Positions 57,353-64,000 of a stretch of DNA of 64,000 bases are shown here, piece after piece. The stretch lies in contig NC_045697.1 of the NCBI RefSeq assembly GCF_009834535.1, positions 77,440,001-77,504,000 of the forward strand, read 5' to 3'. Made by a program: the position numbers and the translations under genes. Position 1 is the first letter of the stretch; each line of letters begins with the position of its first letter. The stretch is from Camelus ferus (lineage: Eukaryota). The notes beneath the pieces were generated by a model. That model saw nothing but the letters and a program-made list of their open reading frames with translations. It did no database searches and was not told the origin of the DNA.

Positions 57353-58283
57353 GAGGAGTGTTTTTTAATGTGAGAAGTGTCCATTTTTATATTATGAAAT
57401 AGAACTTTTTCTATTTTATCCAGAAAAATAACTCATTATTTAATGAATTACTGTTTTGTAAATACTCTCATTATTGATGATAGGTTTATATACATATATG
57501 TACTCACAGTTAATATTCCACAAATGCTATCATTAAGTTGTCAGCTGACCCATAGTACTTTTTAGTCTTGTCCCTGTTTGATAGTCTGCATACTAGGCTG
57601 AAAAAGAACTTTGATCCTGCAAGGTATGTCCTATTGGATAAGATGGATTAATTAAAATAAAATTATGTATGGTTAGAGATGAAAGGAACTTTAGCAAATA
57701 CCTAAGCTAATTTCATTTTTATGGCTGAGAAAATTGAGATTAAATGACTTAACCAAGGCCATCAAACAAATAAGTGCCAAAACTAGGAGAGCAAGCTGTG
57801 TCTCCTGACTTGTCGTGGAGCCCTGTGGATTGAGCAGAAGATAAAGCCCAGGTTGCAGCCCTCATTAAACTGTTCATCTTTGCTCCCTTTCAGGCTCTAG
57901 AAGCCATCAGCGTTCAAGTACAATGGCTTTGTTTTTGACCAATGATCAAAGATGGACAAATTACCTGTAGCAACAGAAATATGTGCCAGGCACAGGGCTA
58001 AGGAGTTAAACATTTAGACAGCTAATATGCTTGGTAGTATTATCCCCATTTTACCATTTTACCAGGAAACTGAGCCTCTGAAACAGTGAGTAACTTGTTT
58101 GAGTTTACACATACCTGGGAAGCAGCAGAGGTGGAGTTCAGTTCTCCACCTCTGTGTCTATCTCCAAAGCCAAGATCTTAATGATTACACTGTATGATAT
58201 AAAGATTTACTAACCCTGTTTTATATATTTTATATTAATTTTTAAAACAAATCAGACAGAAATGCCTATGTTCTCTTTTGTAG

Positions 58284-58553
<270 letters not shown>

Positions 58554-61500
58554 TAAAGGAAAGATGCCCCCAGTGCTGTCCACAGTCCCTCCACCCTCTC
58601 CCCACCACCAAGCAGGGCAGCCCTCCTTTCATCAAGATTGTATCTTTCAAGGTCTGTATCCATGGGCAGATTCTGAGGAGCAAGAGAGTAGTGTGTGTTT
58701 TTGCACTTCAGGCTGTTGTAATCAGAGAAACTGTATGGATACAATCAAGAAGCATCCTCTGAGCATCTGCTGTGGATCAGGCTCTGTGCGAGGTAGCGTG
58801 GGAGATACAAAGGAGCACGAGGACTGGTCCATGTTTCCAGTCAACTCACAGTTTAGCTGCAGAAGTAAGGCAACAACATACCTAGGAGAAACTACTACAA
58901 CTGCTTGATCTAAATCTCAGTACAAGGAGTGTCATAAGGCCATACATAAATAACTGCCATATGAAGGGTAGACACTCTCACAGGGAGCTCTGGGAGGGGC
59001 TTCCGTGATCAGCCTGCCCAACCTCCTCATTTTACATATGAGGAAACTAAGGCTCAGAAAGGCTAAGTGATTTATTTGAGGTTGCACAACATCCAAGTGA
59101 CAAGTCTTGACTAGAACCTGCATATTGGCTCTTGGTTAAGTGAGCATGAAGGAGGGAGTGAGAGCTTCACATTGGAATTGTGAGGAAAGTCCTCATGAGG
59201 TAGGGAAGATGGTCTGCTTTCCCTTTGATGGAAAATAACAGAACCAGAGAGAAGTTGTACTGTGTCTGTCCTCTGGGCACACTGCTCTTGGGACTGCAAG
59301 AAGCACTGCTGTACCTGGGGGTGGGGGGTGTGTGTGTGTGGCCTGTGAACCCTAGGAATGCTGCAGGTGGGAGGAGGAGTGGGGAGGGAAGTGGCTGCAT
59401 CCCTTCTGTGTGCTAGTGAGAGGAGAGCCCACTTCTTTGCTTCTGAGTAAGGAGGAGCTAACCACAGAGTACCTCACAGGAGAGGATTAGAGGTTCCATG
59501 CTCTGGGTTACTTTTACAGAGTAACTTAAAGCTGTGGAGTGACATGGTAGCAAACCTGAACATCTGGCACCTGTGCAACTATGTTAAAGTAAAAGAAGGG
59601 GAAGTCACTGGGGTTTTGCCTCTGAAATCAAATGTTGTCAACATAGAGGAAGAAGTCTTAGGGATTGGCTTTATATGCTTAGGGGTGGGCCTTCTATGTA
59701 CCAGAAAATCTCTTTTGATCTGGATAACCCATGGGAAACAAATGGGCTTTTAAAAATGAGCCAGATGTATGCTGTGATACACAGTTATCAATACTATGGC
59801 ATATCTGTATCCAGAGTGAGTACATTTTCATTCATTCATTCATTCATTCCTTTGGGTATTTATTCACTTGTTCAATAATTGAGATGTACCAGATAGTGCA
59901 CTAAGAGCTTTATATCCATACTGACTCCCCAGAAGGTAAGTTTTTATATCCCCAACTAAAAGATAAAAAATTGAGAATCAAAGAGGTGAAATAACTTCCC
60001 CAAGGTAAAGCAGCCAGCAAGTACTGGATCTGGATTTCAAATGGAAGGATGACCATTTCTAAAGCTTATGTTTTTAATAATCATAGGTATGTATTGCCTC
60101 CAACAACTGGAGTTGATAAATATGCTTAACCCAGAGTCATATAACAAATGAAAATACAACTTCATATAACTTTAGTTGTAATAGTGATAAAAATCATAAA
60201 AACAGCCTTCTCTGTGTTGAACCTACTTAAAAAGACATTTAAAATGTTAGCCGTGCATAATAACAGAGTTTGTACACGACTGTTTTCAGAAACGTTGATT
60301 GGGACAGCAGATGTCAGCCGCTTTCAGCCCCTCTAAGGATGCTGGTCTCCTCATATTTCCCACGTTCGCATGGCACCTCTAATTTTAAGTGTTTAATTAA
60401 TAGCACCATAGTACCTACTGCCGAAGCAATGCCTTCGGGAGATAGACCGGCATCATCGTATCCTGTAGGATCAGACCTCAGATTCTCTAGTTCATTGACT
60501 TGAGTAATAACAAGCCCTTCTCAAGTTCTCTTCCCTCCAAAGGCAGCTGCTAAGAGAAAACCTTTAATTTGTCTGGAAATGAGAGGTTTATAGTTGGAAA
60601 ACCTTGATATTAGCTAGCAATTGGATTTAAATAACTGGGATTCCAAGCTTGTGATATTAGATTATATGGTAACTTTTAACCAAGTAAAAGAACCAGAATG
60701 GATGCTTACAGTTTATATTGGCTTAGGAAAAGACAGATTCAAATGAACATCTAACTGTAGGAAGGAAGCAAATTGACAATTCCACTGGCAATGCTTTTGT
60801 TTAGCATTAAGAAATCATGATTCCTAAAGTCAAATGCCTAGTGAAGAGAATCAAGAGGGAAACAATGTAAGATAGCTGTGTGCTCATCCTTTTGAGGTAA
60901 CAAAAATTACCATGAGGTAAAAATCACTCTTCTATGGTTGTTGGATGGACAACTCTTGCCCTGGTACAGGATGGATTTAGAGAATCCCAGTGGCGTTGAG
61001 ACCAATTAGATAATGAATAGAAAGAGCAAGACGCTCCACTAGATTAAGGACTCTGCTTCAACTCATGTGAACCCGCATGTCCGTCCTTGTCTTTGCTTTC
61101 TCATGACCAACACTGGAGTTTGAGATGTGCTTTTCGGCTGAATCAAATAGAAGTGTGTTATTGGGTGACCCCGTGGGGAGCTTTGAGAGGAAATTCCATT
61201 AGTCCTGCCTGAGAGAGCTCGAGTCAGGAGCTTGTGTCGGTCTCAGTTCTCATCACCTCACTCCTCAAAACAGTAAGAATTTGGAGATGATGTAGCAATG
61301 AGATCAGAACTGACAGTTTTATCTCCCCTGGTCACCAGCAAGTGGTCTCAGAATTCCTTCCCTCCACCAAGGGAGCAGTCACGGTGACAGTTGTGACTTA
61401 GTGAATTTGACTCATAGAGTTCAAAAGTACCTTCCACCCAGCAGTACCCTTCTGGTGACCACTCAAATTATCTTTTAAAAAGTGGCACTGGAGTATATAA

Positions 61501-62805
61501 ATGGTTTCAAATTATCCACTGCCCTGAGCTGGTAGTTTGCAAAGCGTACTTGACCCAGCCCAGGTTCTGAGCCAGTTTTACCTTTTACCTCCCTCCTGCA
61601 TATGGCCCATGAGGAAGAGGAGATCAAGCCGCTTCCCCACCACTGGCTAGAAGGGGCATTTGAATAGACACCCTGGGGATCTCCTTAGCGTTTTGCAGGA
61701 CAGGGGAGAGGGAATTGTCCTGCCCTGTGTTTCGGGGCAGGCCTGTTGCTTGTACACATTGCTTACAAGAACAAGGGATAGGCCTTTCCAGATATTTGTT
61801 GAATAAATTAAAGATAGTTGTAGTTTCTAGTTTGCAAGCGGGGAACAGGGGAGCAGGCTGCATGTGGTGGAGAAGAGAGGTTCTTTTAATCCCCTCTGCT
61901 TATGGCCCTGCCTGCTTCAGAAAGCTGCTGGGGCTGGAAGCCCAGGAGAGCTCACAGTGCACTTCAGCAAGCCACCTGCCAGCCTGCTCGGAATCTGCCA
62001 GTTGCAATCTTTATCTTCTCTGTTTTGTAATTCCCTCTCCCTCTCTTCCTTCCCCTCTTGCCTTCCTCCCTCCCTCCCTCCCCTCCCCTTCCTGTCCCTA
62101 CCTCTTGCTCTCCTGCTGATCTTTGTTTACTGTTGTGTCTCCAGTGCTTAGGCCAATCCCTGGCACACAATAGGTACTTAGTAAATGTTTATATGATAAT
62201 ACAGATTTGTTTGACAAATACATGGAAAAATTAGAAAACAAGAGTTTTCTTCCCTTCCAGATTCTAAAGGGTTATTACATTTTTTTTTTAATGTAAAGAG
62301 CAGCAAATATTTCAGTACTCCCATTTGTCTTAGAATCACATGGAAGAAAATTAAAAGTCAATATAACTGTCCCCCTACTGTCCTTGTGCTGACTGTCTTT
62401 GTGACCCTTACAGGTCTACTCTCTCTCCTCCCCATGGTCTGTGGCCAAGAGGCTGAGATTCCTCTGGCTTTTACTGGTTTCAGCAGGAGCTGGGAGGTGG
62501 TGAAGAGAAAGGAATGGTGGTATTTACACTTCTGGCTTTATCCCTGCCGGCCCACTGACACAGTCCCCTTCTTACTTTATCCTTTCACTGTGTATTTTAA
62601 TTGCTGGGGATAAATATTGGGAAACTAATTAAAACACTGTGTTAAAAAAAAAACAATAGAATTTGTGGGCACGTTCTGACGTGTGTGAGAATGTGTGTGT
62701 GCACATGCACACGTGCAATTGGGGTAGTTTAGAATGTCTGTCATTGCTTTTCAGTAAGTAAGAGGGGAAAGGAGTATTTTTGTTTAAAAAGTAAAGTTGA
62801 TGTAA

Positions 62806-62940
<135 letters not shown>

Positions 62941-63507
62941 TAAGTATTTGTGAAAATAAAGACCTTTCTGCAGACGTCACGTGACAGTTCATGTTTGCTG
63001 TGCTAATGTACAAAATTTGTCGTTAAGACCTCATGTGGTCAGTGGAATCAGAAACCAAGAAAATACATGAGATTTGTTCAAATGTGCAGAAATGGTATGG
63101 CTGGCATGCCTTCCTCATCCTTTTAATGTCTTTTGATTTTCAGTTCTTTATTTTTATTTAAACTTTTTTTATTGAGTTAGTCATTTTACAATGTTGTGTC
63201 AAATTGACTTTCAATTCTTGATTTAAAATTTTATTGTTTAGCTATCCTTTCATTTTAAGTAAAATCAAGTTTTTTGAAAATCTTTTTGAAAAGAAGGAGC
63301 TGTAATTCAGTAACCAATGAGACATAAGCCCATTACCCTACCTACTTTGTTTTGAAATCTACATTGTTTCCTGAGAGAGGCTGATGTTTGGATTGCATGG
63401 CTTATGAATTTTATTTAGAAAAATCATAAGATGAGTTCAAGTGATAGGTCATTCCTAGATTTAGACAAGAGGAAAGAGAAATCTTGAAAGATTAGAAGGC
63501 TGTATGT

Positions 63508-63957
63508 TGTTTTTCATTGAAGTATAGTTGATTTACAATATTGTGTTAGTTTCAGCTGTACAGCAGAGTGATTCAGTTAAACATATATATGTATATATTC
63601 TTTTAAAATTCTGTTCCGTTATAGTTTATTACAAGATGTTGAATGTAGTTCCCTGTGCTATATGGTGAATCCTTGTTGTTTATTTTATATATGGTAGTGT
63701 GCATCTGCTAGTCCCCTACTCCCAATTTATCATTCCTCCCCTTTCCCCTTTGGTAACCATAAGTGTGTTTTCTATGTCTGTGAGTCTGTTTCTATTTTGT
63801 AAATAAGTTTATTTGTACTGTTTTCAAGATTCCACACATAAGGGATATCATTAATATTTGTCTTTCTCTGTCTGACTAGCTTCACTTAGTATGATAATCT
63901 GTTGGTCCATCCATGTTGCTGCAAATGGCATTATTTCATTCTTTTTTATGGCTGAGG
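63508..63957 (-). mobile_element. Artiodactyl-type L1 3' end
   Basis: ATTGAAGTATAGTTGATTTACAAT...ATTTCATTCTTTTTTATGGCTGAG; TSD-like AAGGCTGT. Confidence 0.9.
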
Positions 63958-64000
63958 AAAGGCTGTTGTTAATTGTGAATTAGTGACAAATGTTTGTTTA

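Noticed and set aside
60420..60440. CCGAAG...CTTCGG hairpin as an ncRNA
   Set aside because: Stem too short, with no snoRNA or miRNA hallmarks

Overview
Mammalian genomic DNA, very probably camelid (tRNA-derived SINEs of the Vic-1 type recur throughout). It holds about 14 kb of upstream DNA, then the promoter, 5'UTR and coding exons 1-12 of EGF (pro-epidermal growth factor) on the + strand. I traced all 12 exons with GT-AG boundaries; they join into an uninterrupted 1829-nt partial CDS (signal peptide, first YWTD/LDLR-B propeller, four EGF-like modules, start of second propeller). The mature EGF exon lies beyond the window. The rest is repeat-rich: L1, L2, MIR, MER2, MER20, MER5, MER53, a Charlie1 hAT fossil, several solo LTRs and young SINEs. 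Highlights: a nested insertion in intron 7 (old L1 > RPL30 retrocopy > CpG-rich solo LTR plus SINE); three uORFs in the 5'UTR, one with a strong Kozak context; a CpG-type AP-1 variant in the core promoter; apparent Cys loss and gain in proEGF; a SINE with an apparent 3' read-through tail; and two same-family LTRs flanking exon 5. I see no wholly new biological system. Comparisons with human sequences and repeat consensus sequences are from memory and need alignment to confirm.
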